Shown here: in pieces, positions 15,576-37,992 of the stretch
Numbering within the stretch: the stretch's first letter is position 1
Layout of the letters: every line of letters begins with the position of its first letter
Assembly (NCBI RefSeq): GCF_009914755.1
Contig: NC_060925.1
DNA length: 64,000 nt
Reading direction: 5' to 3' (one strand)
Origin: the human T2T-CHM13v2.0 reference genome, Homo sapiens
The notes under the pieces: generated by a model
What the model was told of the DNA's origin: nothing
Database searches by the model: none
Seen by the model: only the letters and a program-made list of their open reading frames with translations
Position numbers and translations under genes: made by a program

Positions 15576-15785
15576 AAAAAAATCAGACACCCCTAAATAT
15601 GAAGTTTAAAAAAAGTATAGTCATTCAAAAGTTGTTTTGGTTTTTCTATCTGGTGGAACTGGGGAGTGAAGAAAGAGATGAAAATGGTATAAGAAAGAAC
15701 TACATGGAAACAATATTATAAAAAGAGAACAGACTACCTTTGAGATCAGCACTTTATTTACCTGATATGTTCCACTAACTTTCTA

Positions 15786-16220
<435 letters not shown>

Positions 16221-16538
16221 ATACTGCAGGTATAGGTGAAAGTCTGCTAAAAATCTGTTTTCTGAAAATGCCTTTTGGTATTCCTATATTCATGTACTTA
16301 ATTTTATAAGAAATTTCTTCAAGAGTAAGGATTGTTCATAGAACTGTGATTTTTTTTTCAATAATATAGTGTGGTGAAATGAACAGGATGGCTTCCCCAT
16401 CCTCAGATTCTTGATTTGCAGTTCCGAATATTCGTAGTATGTGAAAACTCATACTCTCTCCCCACTCATCAGGATGACGTACTTTTTACTTGCAGTAAAA
16501 GTACCCTTACTCATAGTACCTAAAAGAAAAGCAAATAG

Positions 16539-17037
<499 letters not shown>

Positions 17038-18021
17038 TTAACATAAGAAAACTGGAGAGACTGTCTCCCTAGAGGCTTTTGAGGAGGACCAAGGCAGGAA
17101 AGAGTATTAGTTTAACAGAACCCATTTCCTTGTAAAAGGAGAAAAATAAGGTGGTCATATAATGTCTCGCCAGATCCAAGTCAAAAATCAGACACATTCA
17201 AACACAAAGTTTAAAAAGGGAGGAGGGAGTCACTCCACTAAAATTATTTTACTTTTAACCCTTTCTCCAGGGGTTGGGGGTAGGGGGTGGAGGGGAATAA
17301 AGAGATTAGAAAGTGAATTGGCCAATCACTAAGTTCTTTGACTCATGCTTCCACTTATCAACCCCATCCTACAATATCAGCATAAAAGGCAACACAATTT
17401 TTCTCAAGTCCCAGCTCCAACAGTGCCACAGACCCTCAACTCAAGAATTCCGTGTTTTATGGAGGGGGGTACAAATTTTATATTTTTAGGGTACATATAG
17501 GGTATTTATATGCCCTTCGAATTGAAAATCTGCTTGATTTTCTGGAGAGGAGTAGTTCAAAAGTATAACCCTTGCTTAGAGAAGAAAAAGTCGTATCAGT
17601 CAAAGCTTTCTGCAGCTCTAGAGCAACCATAATTAGTTCTAGTGTAATATATGCTCTATTTAATGTTTGCCTGAGATTACACTCTTGTTGGTCTCAGCAT
17701 AGAAAGTGTTATTATAGATTGTCTTCTCTGCAACTTTAAAAAACATGCTTAAATGGAATGATAATTTTCTTCTCCATGGAAGTGTTTTCTCCTGATGAGC
17801 CACCAACAAATCTAGAAAAAGGGAAGAGCTTGCTCTCCTTCATACTGGAATGAAAGCCACTTCAGTCGCATTATTCTGCTTTTTTGAAATGTCTATTTTT
17901 AACTATAATCTAGTAGGATGGTAAATACATTTATGAATATAAGAAGTACAAACTTTAAACATCTACTGTCCAATAATTGATTTCAATCAATCAGTACTTT
18001 AAAAAGCCCCCAACTGCTTAC

Positions 18022-18082
18022 TTTAATTTCAACTTGCTCTTCCATTTCTTTCGTTTTTATTGTAGTGTATTCCTTTTCAAGC
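18022..18082 (-). CDS. EVI5: EVI5 coding exon, 61 nt (phase 2 to 0): (K)LEKEYTTIKTKEMEEQVEIK
   Basis: tttcttag|G acceptor, AAA|gtaagc donor; completes the split Lys codon. Confidence 0.95.
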
Positions 18083-18796
18083 CTAAGAAAGGAAAAAAAA
18101 AGAGTTAAAGGTAATGTTTTCATTCAAAAGTAGTTATTAAATTACAAAATTTAAAAATACATATGAACATAAAATACAATTTCTTTAGTTTCTTCTAGCT
18201 TATAACTTGGAGATATTTGATGTGAGAAAAATCATGTGGCTTCATGAGTTCTTATTAAAAACTCACTTTACAAATGACAAAAATAAAAACCACACAAAAA
18301 GAAAATTTACAAACTGAAATGTATAAAGCACAAAATGCAACTTAGTTTACAGATTCTTTTCAGCCCTAAACTTACAAATGAACCATTATTCTTATTTCTC
18401 AAATTAAAACACACCTGTAGGTTCAACTGGCTCTTAACTTAAAAATCCTGGTACCAACATTGACTTTGAAAATTTTAATGAGGGAAAGGGGACAACTCTT
18501 CCTTATAGAATTCCAATTAATAGACATAGGAGGAATAAGGTTAATATAAAAATCACCATTAGAATTCCTCAGTAATAACTACTGCGGGAGGAACCACTAA
18601 TGGATGCTAAAATTAGTGGGTGAAAGTTTAAGCATAGTCTCAAATTATCTCTCCTAAAATATTTAGTAAGTGTTAAAGGAAAATACTAAATTTACAGTAC
18701 AGAATCCTAGTAGACTGCACCTGAACTAACTGATTAAGGTTAACATCACCAGTAATACATACTGACATCATGCACCCCTGTTAAGATGTACTGAGT

Positions 18797-19095
18797 TAAG
18801 TGAATTAACACAGGAACAGAAAACCAAAAACCCATGTTCTCCCTTACAACTAGGAGCTAAACACTGGGTACTCATGGACATAAAGATGGGAACAACAGAT
18901 ACTGAGGACTAATAGAAGGCGAAGGCAGGGAGGGGGACAAGGGCTGAAAAACTAACCGTTGGGTACTATGCTTGCTATCTGGGTGATGGGATCATTCATA
19001 TCTCAAACCTCAGCATCATGCAATATGCCCATGAAATACATATGTGCATGTACCCCCTGAATTTAAAATAAAGGTCAAAATTATTAAAAAGTAAA
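18797..19095 (+). mobile_element. Old L1PA/L1PB 3' end nested in L1M-type sequence
   Basis: aagtgaattaacacaggaacagaaaacc...gcatgtaccccctgaatttaaaataaa. Confidence 0.8.
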
Positions 19096-19116
19096 AATAA
19101 TTTAAAACATGACACT

Positions 19117-19380
19117 GACCACGGTGGATCATGCCTCTAATCCCAGCACTTTGGGGGGCCAAGGGGGGCCAAGTGCTTGAGGCCAGGGGTTCAAGACCAG
19201 CCTGGGCAACATGGTGAAACCCAGTCTCTACAAAAAATACAAAAATTAGCCAGGTGCGGTGGGTGCATGCCTGTAGTTGCAGGTACTCAGAGGCTGAGGT
19301 GGGAGGATTGCTTGAGCCAGGAAAGTCAAGGTTGCAGTGAGCCATGATCTAGCCACTGCACTCCAGCCTGGGACCCTTCC
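19117..19380 (+). mobile_element. AluJ-like, degenerate
   Basis: Alu dimer without clear tail. Confidence 0.85.
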
Positions 19381-19833
19381 CTGCAATGCCCAGAAAGTGA
19401 TAAACCATTTTTTTAAAAGAAAAAAGATGTCCTGAAAAGGGCATATCATCTCTGTGGTCTGTCACTGATTGGAGGAGAGTAAGCACGATATGCAACTCTA
19501 TGGTAAGTCTAAATTTACCTTTATAAAAATGTATAGGCCACACAAAAATTAGTACCACCAAATTTTTTTTATCTTGCTCTTGACAAAAAATATCAATACC
19601 AAGGTTACTCCAAATATAAACCAGACCAGGCTCCAAATAACTTACAGCTGCTTTCAAAAATAAAATTCTCCCTCAAAGGACAGAAATCTATTACTTATCT
19701 CATTTAGCTCACAACAACTTTTTAATATAAGTTGTTATACCCACTCTGGGGTTTAGAAAGCTTGAGAAACTTCTGTATAGTCACAGATTTGACTGCTACA
19801 TTACTCTGTCTCTCACTAAAGTGTATCTTAAAA

Positions 19834-20176
19834 CAGCAGTCCCCAACCCCTGGGCAGTGGACCAATACCAGTCTGTGGCCTGTTAGGAACTGGGTCATAC
19901 AGCAGGAGGTGAACGGCAGGCAAGTGAACATCACTGCCTGAGCTCCACCTCCTGTCAGATCAGTGGCAGCATTAGATTCTCAAAGGAGTGCAAACCCTAT
20001 TGTGAATTGTGCATGCTGGGGATCTAGGCTGCAGGCTCCTTATGAGAATCTCATGACTGATGATCTGACATGAGGTGGAACAGTTTCAACCTGAAGCCAT
20101 ACCCCCAGCCCCCATAAGTGGAGAAATGGTCTTCCACGAAAGCGGTCCCTAGTGTCAAAAAGGCTGGGGACCACTG
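19834..20176 (+). mobile_element. MER1B non-autonomous hAT-Charlie DNA transposon
   Basis: TIRs cagcagtccccaacc / ggctggggaccactg and perfect 8-bp TSD tcttaaaa (19826-19833, 20177-20184). Confidence 0.9.
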
Positions 20177-20394
20177 TCTTAAAAGACTATAAGATAGCCG
20201 ACAGAATTTATTAAAGACTCCAAAGAGCTGCAAAACATTTTCAACAGCTGCACTACTGAAATAAGTTTATAGCCTTCACAAATGACTACTCTGAAGTAGT
20301 TATCATTATGCATTATGTAAAAATATCACTCATTTATACACCTAAAAATAAACCCTACTTATTTAACTCCACTGATAGTGTTTTTCAATAAACT

Positions 20395-22340
20395 TAATTT
20401 AAAAAAAAATATTTGGTTTACAAAAAGATTGTGAAGATAGTACAGAGATTCCATGTATCCCATCCCAGTTTACCCTATTATTAACATGTTACAGTAGTAT
20501 GGTACATTGTTATAATTAATGAACCAATATTAACACATTGCTGTTACCTAAAGCCCATGACAGTTTTGATGAGAACCTTGACAGTTTTGAGGAGTACTGG
20601 TCAGGTATTTTGTAGTTATCATTATGTGATCTTCAAAAGGGACCATTCCGTCCTTCAAATGGGATTTGTCTCATGTTTTTCTCATGATTATACTGGGGTT
20701 ATTGGGTTTTCAGGAGGAAGACCACAGACATAAATGCCGTTTTCATTGTCTCATACTAAGGGTACAAACTATCAACAGAACATCACTATTGATGTTGACC
20801 TTGATCATCTGGCTGAAGGAGTACACACCAGGTTTTTCCAGTGTAAAGTTATTTGTTCCCCCTTCACTGATAGTGTTTTTAGACCCGCATTATGATTTGT
20901 CTAAATTACTGGAAAATACTCATAATTGTTCTTTCTATGGCCAGTTTCATAACTCAATATTTTCTATACACTATTAACAGAGTGATCTTTTTTTAAAATG
21001 TTGATTTGGATCACGCCACACCCAGCGTGTCAGTGGTTACTCATCACCTTCAGACTAAATTTCAAAGGCTTACAAAAAAGTAATCAAAGCTCTCTGGAGA
21101 AATAGCTCATTACTGCGCAGGAGCCAAGAAGGTATAAGTTGAACCTGGAATATTTTGTTGCCCCAAAGAAAGGAAATTCCCAAAGAATAATGGGGAAAAT
21201 ATCAAAAGAACAAAGCACCCAGGTTGCAAGGGTTCCCACTGGACAAATCAGGGATAATTTAATAGTAATGGATTATAGCTCACTGAATAAAATAATCCAT
21301 GAATTCACACTGATGTAAATAAATGAATAAATAAATGAGGGTGAAGGGAAAGCTCTTCCTTACAGTAGAATGCTGATTAATAAATAAAGAATGAGGGAGT
21401 GGGAAAATCATAAATGGATATAAAACTGGTATGGTTAAGTTTGGTAAAGAAAGAGGTTACTACATAATCTCAAAGTAGCCTGCCACAAATTACTTATTAC
21501 AAAAGGGGAAATAATAACTTTACAGTAGTAAAACCCAGCAAACATCACCTTAATCAAGTGACCAAAGCTAACATTACCAGTTCTGAGAGAAAGTAATATC
21601 ATATATATCGTATGGTGAAATGAGAAGATATAATATCAGGGGTATACCTGCCAAAAATGCACAACCTGAATCTAATCCTGGGGAAATCCCAGAAAAACTC
21701 AGACTTTGAGATTTTCTACAAAATAATTGGCCTGTACACTCTTTAAATATATCAGAAACACAAAAACTGAGGAAATATGTCAGATTAAAGAAAACCAAAT
21801 AGGTATTAACACCTAAATCCTACACATGATCCTAGAGCGGACCCTGGACGGAGGGTGGGGGAGATAGTTATACAGCATATTATTGGGACAGCATATATAC
21901 AGCATATATTGGTGATAAAATCTGAACATACACTGTGGATTAGATAATAGTATTGTATCTATTAGGTTGGTCCAAAAGTAACTGGTTTTTGCCGTTGAAA
22001 GTAATGCAAAAACTGCAATTACTTTTGCACCAACCTAATATAATTTCCTTGTTTTGATTAACTACTGGGTTTATGTTAAAGGAGAGAAAAGTTGTTGTTC
22101 ATAGGAAGTACACATTCAAGTATTTACAGATAAAGGGCACAATATCTCAATTTACTCTCAAATGGACCTCCCCCAAAATGGGAATGGATTTTACACACAC
22201 ACACTATATTTATATACGCATACAGAGGAGAGAGGATAATAAAGCAAATGGGATGAAATGTAAACAATTGGTGAATCTTGGTAAAGAGTATATCGTACCC
22301 CCTTAAGTTTAAAAGTATACCAACGTAAAAATTCATCAAA
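20395..22340. mobile_element. Old L1MC/MD-type 3'UTR fragments in both orientations
   Basis: Recognisable degenerate L1M 3'UTR motifs; boundaries approximate. Confidence 0.6.
21962..22038. mobile_element. MADE1 (Hsmar1-derived MITE)
   Basis: ttaggttggtccaaaagtaa...ttacttttgcaccaacctaa inverted repeats flanked by TA. Confidence 0.92.
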
Positions 22341-22607
22341 AAAAAGTCAAAGGCTAAGATTCAACTCTTACAACTGTCATGTAGTAAGGGAACCTATGAG
22401 CCTTTGTACCTATTACCGTTCTTCTTAAAATGCCCTCCTTCTCTTCACCTGGCCAACCTTCATTACAGCAAAGAGTAAAACTTTTAAAACCAGATCATGT
22501 CACTTTTCGCAAAATCCTCTACTGGTTTCCCCTCAGATGTGGAAAAAGTCTGGCCCATGAGGAGGACAATAACCAACAAAACGTTTGACAATGACGAAAA
22601 CGTGCTA

Positions 22608-22755
22608 GATCTGTATTGTCCAATAGAGTAGCCATTAGCCACATGTGAGTGACTAATTAGCACTTGAAATATAACTGATGAAATAAATTTTAATCATATT
22701 TAGACTAGATAGTCACATATGGGTAATGGCTACCACAGTAGATGGCATTGCTCTA
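22608..22755. mobile_element. MER3/MER33-like hAT relic
   Basis: tgtccaatagagtagccattagccacatgtg...ggctaccacagtaga. Confidence 0.65.
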
Positions 22756-22766
22756 AATACCCCTAG

Positions 22767-23051
<285 letters not shown>

Positions 23052-23321
23052 TAGGACACACTTCCCCCAGATAATCCCATGACTCGCACTCTTACTTCCC
23101 TCTGGTGTCGGCTCAAATAGTATCTTACCGGCCTGTGAGCCCTATCTCTGCGTGCCCTGTCTAAAAGAGTGCTCATCTCTCCATGTCCTTTATCTGGCTT
23201 TGTTTTCTTCATGGCACGTTCACTGATGGATGTTACACTGTATATCATTCTGTCAGTCTTCTGTATTTCAGTAAGTTCCATATCAGCAGGGATTTTCTGT
23301 TGCAGGCATAATTTAACCCTA

Positions 23322-23623
<302 letters not shown>

Positions 23624-24088
23624 AAGGTCTTCAAAATTGTACTCAGGTATCATCTCCTTCAGAGAACTACCTGAAACTTCCTCCTCTGCCATCATCCTAT
23701 GCCATCCTGTGGTCTTATTTTTCTGCTCATGTATCTGCTAAAAGAATGTTTCCTCATATACATTTTAAAGACTTCTAAATTTTGTTTTATCTCAAGTGTA
23801 AATATAGTTAAAAAGGACATACAGTTGTAATTTATATGTACTTTAAAATTTTTCCACTGAAACTTAAGTGACATTTATCTTATTTATGGACGTCTAATCT
23901 AGGACCTAACTGGCAAAGGCAGTCATTATTATTAAACCAATGAGCCAAATTACATTTACTTCCTGTCATTAAAGTGTTGCCTTCACTTTTCAATTCAAAT
24001 AAACATGAGTTAATAATCTGCCCCATGATCACAATTCTACTTCTGAATTCTAATTCAGAAATTTTTTCTGAATTCTAATTCAGAACAC

Positions 24089-29255
<5,167 letters not shown>

Positions 29256-30236
29256 AACTTCCATTTTTCTTGCTTTGCTCTCTCAGGGGATGCTCTCTCA
29301 GGGGATACTCCCTCAGGAGCAAGTCATTCTGAAATTGTTCATTTTGTTTGGAGCCACAGAGATTTTTTATAAACTAAAGTAAGGTACCATAGTAAGATCT
29401 AGGTTGGGTGACAGGTTTTCCTTCCTTCCTTTAATAAAGTGGGAGAAGGCATGCTGTAAAAAGGAAGGTGCGAAGAAGAACCGAGGCACCTCTACTACAG
29501 AAATGTTATCAGAAAGATAAATTGTAGGAAAGACTATAGATAGAAATTGAAAGTCTACTTAACCAAGCTCTGAACATTTTCCTGACACCCAGCAGTCTGT
29601 GTATGCCAGTCTGAAGACATACGGGTTAGGTATCTCTAACATATAATTTTAATAATCTGTTACATATTTGCATCTAACAAGCCATTTACTTTTCTGTGCT
29701 GCTACCCTCCAACCAACAGGAAGCTTGAGCATTTTTGAGAGGTAGGTCCAATTGTTGAGTTTATTATATATTCCAAAACTGATACTTAGTAGAAATGGAC
29801 AAGACTTATCTTTTAATGCTGACAAAAGATTACAACCCAGATCATAAACAACTAGTAACCACTAACAAGTCAAAGCAGTATGAAGTAGACACTGCAGTAA
29901 AAAAGGGAGGAAAAAAATAGAAGAAAAACATGAGGCCAATAAACATATGAAAAGATGCTTAGTCTTATTAACAATCAGGGAAATGTAAATTAAGTGGAAA
30001 ATGAGACATTTTATACTGGCCACAATGAGAACACATACACTGCTGGGTTAGACTACAAATTAGTGTCACTTTGGCAAAATTCTGTGATGCTGAACACAGC
30101 TTACTTTGCAACCTTAAAACATTCTGAATATAAACCTGTAAGTCCTTAATAATGCCCCCTGCTACTGGTAAAAATTAAGTAGATTGGCAAAAATTAAGAA
30201 TAACCAAGCACTGATGACAAAGTAGAACAATGAGAC

Positions 30237-31558
<1,322 letters not shown>

Positions 31559-33419
31559 TAATGAACTGGATATTCTTACAATGCCAAAGTATCAACTTAC
31601 AAAGTACTTACTGGGTGCCAAGAGGGAAAACATAACCTCATAATAAAGAAATCTGTCATTACCTTAACCTAGTCACCAATCATGGCATCTCTAATAACAG
31701 TGAGACAGACATTATGCATCTTTTAAGATGAATAAAGTACATGGTATCACCTATTAAGTATTCTTGCCAGAAATGTTTGCACTTAATTAGATTAAGTCTT
31801 CACATTAGCTCCCAGTTTATAGAAAACACAAGAGATACAGAAGTTAAATGAGATAACAAGGAAATAATCAGATGAATCCTTCAGGTTGGATATTCTCGGT
31901 ATAACTGACTTGGTCTCTTCAACAAGCCAATATATTAAAAAAGAAGATTGGAATAGGTGGTGCTGATCTAAATTTTTAAAAATGTAAGTGAACAACTGAA
32001 TACAATGAAATCAATGGCAAAGACATTTTTGGCACAACTGAGGAAATGTGAACATAGACTGAGTATTAGGCAGTATTATGGAACTACTGTTAAGTGGTGG
32101 AAGCAATGTGGTAAATGAGGCAAATTACTTTATGGACATGAATACTGATGTATTAAAGAGTGAAGTGTCACAATTTCTGAGCTTTACTTTGAAAAAAATA
32201 AATATGACAAAATATTAACAATATTTACTTTGAAATACTTTGAAAAAAATAAATATGACAAAATATTAACAGTTGTTAAATATAGACAATAAGCAATGGA
32301 TATTTATTATTCTATTTTTGTTATGTCTGAAAATTTTCCCAAGTGAAAAAAAGCAAATAGAATGTGATCTGTAGCTAATGAGTAAAATCTATTCTTTCCT
32401 TCACAGCTAAGCTTCATAAAAGGAAAATGAAATGCTATGTTGAGGAAGGTTTTGTTTTGTTGCTTCTAAGTCAGAACTCAAAATTATCTTCTTAGATTGA
32501 AGAAAATGAAACAACAGAGAGAGAGGTTGAAGATAGAGAAGGAATAATTAATGGAGCAAAGACCTGGAAGAGATGGAAATGAGTAACATCACGTATTCTG
32601 AATTAGCATTATAAAGGAAAAAAAAATACTGTATTCTAAAAAGAGAAGAAAAAGAACATAGCTAAGTCTACAAGCTGGAAGACAGCAAGTTTAGGAAGTT
32701 TGGAAATGACTGCTGAATTAGGAATAAGGTAATCTGGTGAGAGTTACATATAGCAAAAAGGGGATGGGAGTTTGGGAAGAATGGTAAGGTTTGAAGTAAC
32801 CACTGTGAGGAATGAGATAATTAATCAAAGTCAATATAAATATACATGGAAGGCCACTGGAAACATAATTTACTGTCAGCAATCTCAGTAACTATGCAAT
32901 AACAATTGGATACATGAATACAGGAAACAAAAGGGCAGAGGAAGCACAGTTGTTCATATCAGAAGAAGGCTTTTAAACCTCAATCTAGAGATCTTGATAA
33001 AGCAGAATGGGGAGAGCACGAATAAGGAAGTGAAAGAAATAGAGGGCCAGAAATCTGATAAGTAAACAGGATTAATTGAAATTTCAGAAATGGATTGTAC
33101 ATATGACAAGATCTATGCAAGGAGAATTAGTTACCAAGAAGGTTAAGGAACCTCATTCTCTATCAGACTTTTAAAGTCAAATAAATTCTCTGCCTGGCTA
33201 GTGTGAGTTCAATGTGGTTTTACCAAGTGACAAAAATTGAGATAATTTGTTTTTATCAGTTACAAGGCACAGCGGCTTTTTGTCTATATGATGTCTCCAC
33301 ACATGGTAGTTATTTAAAACGTATCAACATGATGGTGGTTATTTAAAACATCACAAGTAACTTAATAAAAGCTGAAGCTCAAAAATCGGCTTGGCTTGCT
33401 TTTGTCAATTAGAGCTAAC

Positions 33420-33552
33420 TTTTTAATTTTTTTAAAAGAGATAAGGTATCACTATGTTACCTAGGCTGATTGTGAACTCCTGAGCTCAAGCAATCCTCCT
33501 GCCTCAGCCTCCGGAGTAGCTGGGACTACAGGTACACATCATTGTGCATGGA
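33420..33552 (-). mobile_element. Alu monomer fragment
   Basis: caatcctcctgcctcagcctccggagtagctgggactacagg. Confidence 0.8.
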
Positions 33553-33932
33553 AAAGCTAACTAATTTTAATAACATTAATTCTCACTCATATTTAAATAT
33601 ACTTTGTGGAGTAGGAATATCCATGGGAGTAGTATGTTGTACATGTTAATGTAATTTCATATTGCAGCAGAAAAACTGCTAACTGCTAGCATACAGTACT
33701 GTTATCATTTTAAAGCATTTTATACCATAGAAAGTACAGTATCAGAAATGCTAACTATGACCGCAGGCTAAGAATTAAGTACTGGAAGCTAGAGAAATCA
33801 CAGCTATTATTTTAATTAATACACTTAATCTGTTTCAAAAATAAAACTAACGAGCAGAGACTTTATTTTGAACTTTTAGGACATGAATGCCAAAAAAAGC
33901 TTCATTAGAAAGTAGCACAAAAAATAAGATTT

Positions 33933-34262
33933 GACCAGGTGCAGCGGCTCACACCTGTAATCCCAACATTTTAGGAGGCTGAGGTGGGAGGATCACTTGA
34001 GCCCAGGGGTTCGAGACCAGCCTGGGCAACATAGTGACACTCTGTCTCTACAAAACAAATTTTAAAATTAGCCAGGCATGGTGGTGTGCGCCTGTAGTAC
34101 ACCTGTGCTTTAGTAGAGACAGGGTACTTCCTGTACTCAGGAAGCTGATGTGGGAGGATCACTTGAGCCTAGGATTTCAAGGCTACAGTGAGCAGCCATA
34201 ATCACACCACTGTACTCCAGCCTGGGTGACAGAGCAAAAGCCTGTCTCTAAAATAAATAAAT
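33933..34262 (+). mobile_element. AluJ-like with internal inverted Alu snippet
   Basis: Alu dimer with (TAAA)n tail. Confidence 0.88.
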
Positions 34263-34664
34263 AAAATTTTAAGTTCTCAATCCATACCTCATGTCTATCT
34301 TGCTGGTTATGCTAATTTTGAACTTAAGTGACACTGTGGGGTCAAACTAAGAGGAAAAGAATGTCAATGAATGGGACCACACCAGAAAAGTGGTTTTAAA
34401 AATAACAGCATCCTCATATATGTATATCCATTCCAGGCTCCTAATTCTAGTCAACGTGGAAAAGGAGGAAAGTTTTAAAGGTAGTACATGCTAGTCCCAT
34501 GCACCACTGTTAAAAGCAGTATATTCCAACATTAGCTTTATGCTATATTGAAACCAATACCACCGAAGAAAATAATATAGTTCTATAACCTAAGGAGGAA
34601 AACTGTATCACTAGAATGTTTTGCAACTTCCACTGAATTTCCAACAAAAATATAAAATACTTAC

Positions 34665-34762
34665 TTTTTCATTTTTTTTGAATTGTATTTGACTTGGTAA
34701 GCTGCTTGGATTAGCTTGTCTGGGACACCATCAAACTGATGTGGAATGACCTTTTGAAAGTG
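34665..34762 (-). CDS. EVI5: EVI5 coding exon, 98 nt (phase 0 to 2): [32 protein letters not shown](K)
   Basis: tcttag|CAC acceptor, AA|gtaagt donor. Confidence 0.95.
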
Positions 34763-34842
34763 CTAAGATACAATTAAAAAAAAAACATAAGAATGACTTA
34801 GTGCTGTTAATAGTGAAATCCAAAGACATTCAAGAAATTATG

Positions 34843-35150
<308 letters not shown>

Positions 35151-35162
35151 TTATGAACTTAC

Positions 35163-35252
35163 CTGTAACATCCCTTCCATGTCAAGTTGCATCAGTTCTG
35201 CCTGATTCATCTGAAGAAGTGCTAATCCTACACGAAACACTATTTCTAAACC
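35163..35252 (-). CDS. EVI5: EVI5 coding exon, 90 nt: [30 protein letters not shown]
   Basis: ttcctcag|GGT acceptor, CAG|gtaagt donor. Confidence 0.96.
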
Positions 35253-35355
35253 CTGAGGAAACAAATTAAATAAATCCAAATTTATGTTACTCTTCCATCA
35301 ACAAAAACGAGTCATTTGAAATAATACTAAGGTAAACATTTAGGGATCTAAACTA

Positions 35356-35550
35356 GGGGCTGGCAAACATTTTCTGTCAAGAGTCAGAAAGCAAGTATTT
35401 TAGGTTTGGTGGGCTATATTGTCTGTCAAAATTACTCAGTTCTGCCACTACAACCCTAAAGCAGACATACACGACATATAAATAAATGGGCAGGGTTGTG
35501 TTCTAGGAAAACTTTATAAAAAACAGGTGTGGAAGAATGGATTTCGCACA
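35356..35550 (+). mobile_element. MER58A-like DNA transposon
   Basis: aggggctggcaaacattttctgt...actcagttctgcc. Confidence 0.7.
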
Positions 35551-35864
35551 AAAATCTGTCCATCTGATTGGTACATGAATCACAGCTGACCAACTGTGAT
35601 CTGAACTAATTTAGATAGGTAATACAAATTGATTTTCCCAAGATGTAATTAATAACAACATTGAGTTCACAGACTAGAAAACAAAGGATTACCTCTATGT
35701 GCTACTGACAAAAGGACAACAACCTGCAATGTGTTCATAGAAGAAACATGCTTATTACTTCTTACTCTTTGGATGACAGATGCATTTCAACAATATTAAC
35801 TGTAAGACAAATTTTACCTCTCACTAACTTTCACTGTATGAGTTAGGAGGTGATAAAGAGGTAT

Positions 35865-36080
35865 GATTAACAGTGTAGGCTCCAAACTGCCTATGTTTGA
35901 ATCCTGGTTACAACACCACTTATGTATTGTGTGTCCATAGACAAGCTACTTAACCTTTCTCTAAGTCTCAACTTCCTCATCTATCATCTAACAAATGCAA
36001 TAAAAACAGTATCTACCTGATAGGGTTATTATAAGGTTTAAATGAGATTATCCATGTAAGCAGTTTTGCATGGGACACAT
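35865..36080 (+). mobile_element. MIR
   Basis: aagctacttaacctttctctaagtctcaacttcctcatct core; similar MIR relics near 9780-9975, 13750-13980 and 42090-42330. Confidence 0.7.
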
Positions 36081-36173
36081 GGCTTTCCTTCATTGCTCTC
36101 CTCATTGCCCTGCTCTCACTAACTCAGTGACCCCTTTGCTCAGCTCCTGCTCTTTGTCTGCCCATTAGCTTAC

Positions 36174-36317
36174 CTCAGACATAAAGATATCAAATATCCT
36201 TGTTGCAACTGGTAGTGGAAAAGTTGTAAGAAAGATAGTCAGAAACCAGGATGATGCATACATTGAGGTATGAAAACTCTGAGATTGAAAATGTACAAAG
36301 AGCTCTGGAAGATGCTC
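36174..36317 (-). CDS. EVI5: EVI5 coding exon, 144 nt: EHLPELFVHFQSQSFHTSMYASSWFLTIFLTTFPLPVATRIFDIFMSE
   Basis: ctttag|GAG acceptor, GAG|gtaagc donor; WFLTxF and RIxD TBC motifs. Confidence 0.96.
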
Positions 36318-36791
36318 CTAAAGAGAAGAAAATAATTAGTTATAACACAGTAAAACTGAGTATTTTAAATTAGATTATATTTATACTAGATTAGCCTATA
36401 CCAAACACAGATTAGATCAAGCATCATATGGAAAAGGTAAGACATAGACATTGAAACATCTGGGACAGTGGCTAGTATCTAGGAAAGAAAGAAGGGGGAA
36501 AGAATGTGAAGTTGGAATTTTGAGTATAACATTTAATTTATTAATAAAAAGAAACTGAATAAAAGTTTTATATTTGTTTAATCCTGTTGGTGGATACAAG
36601 AGTGACTGACATTTTCTATACTCTTCTATCAATTATAATATTTTAAAAAGACGTTTAAAAAGAAAATAAATGGTATGTTAAAATACTTTCAGGCACTATC
36701 TACCACTGATCACCCATTCTTACCTTCCTAAAGAATAGGAAAAATATTCAAAATACAGATGTTTCAGCAACTCTAGTAATTCAAAACATAA

Positions 36792-37992
<1,201 letters not shown>

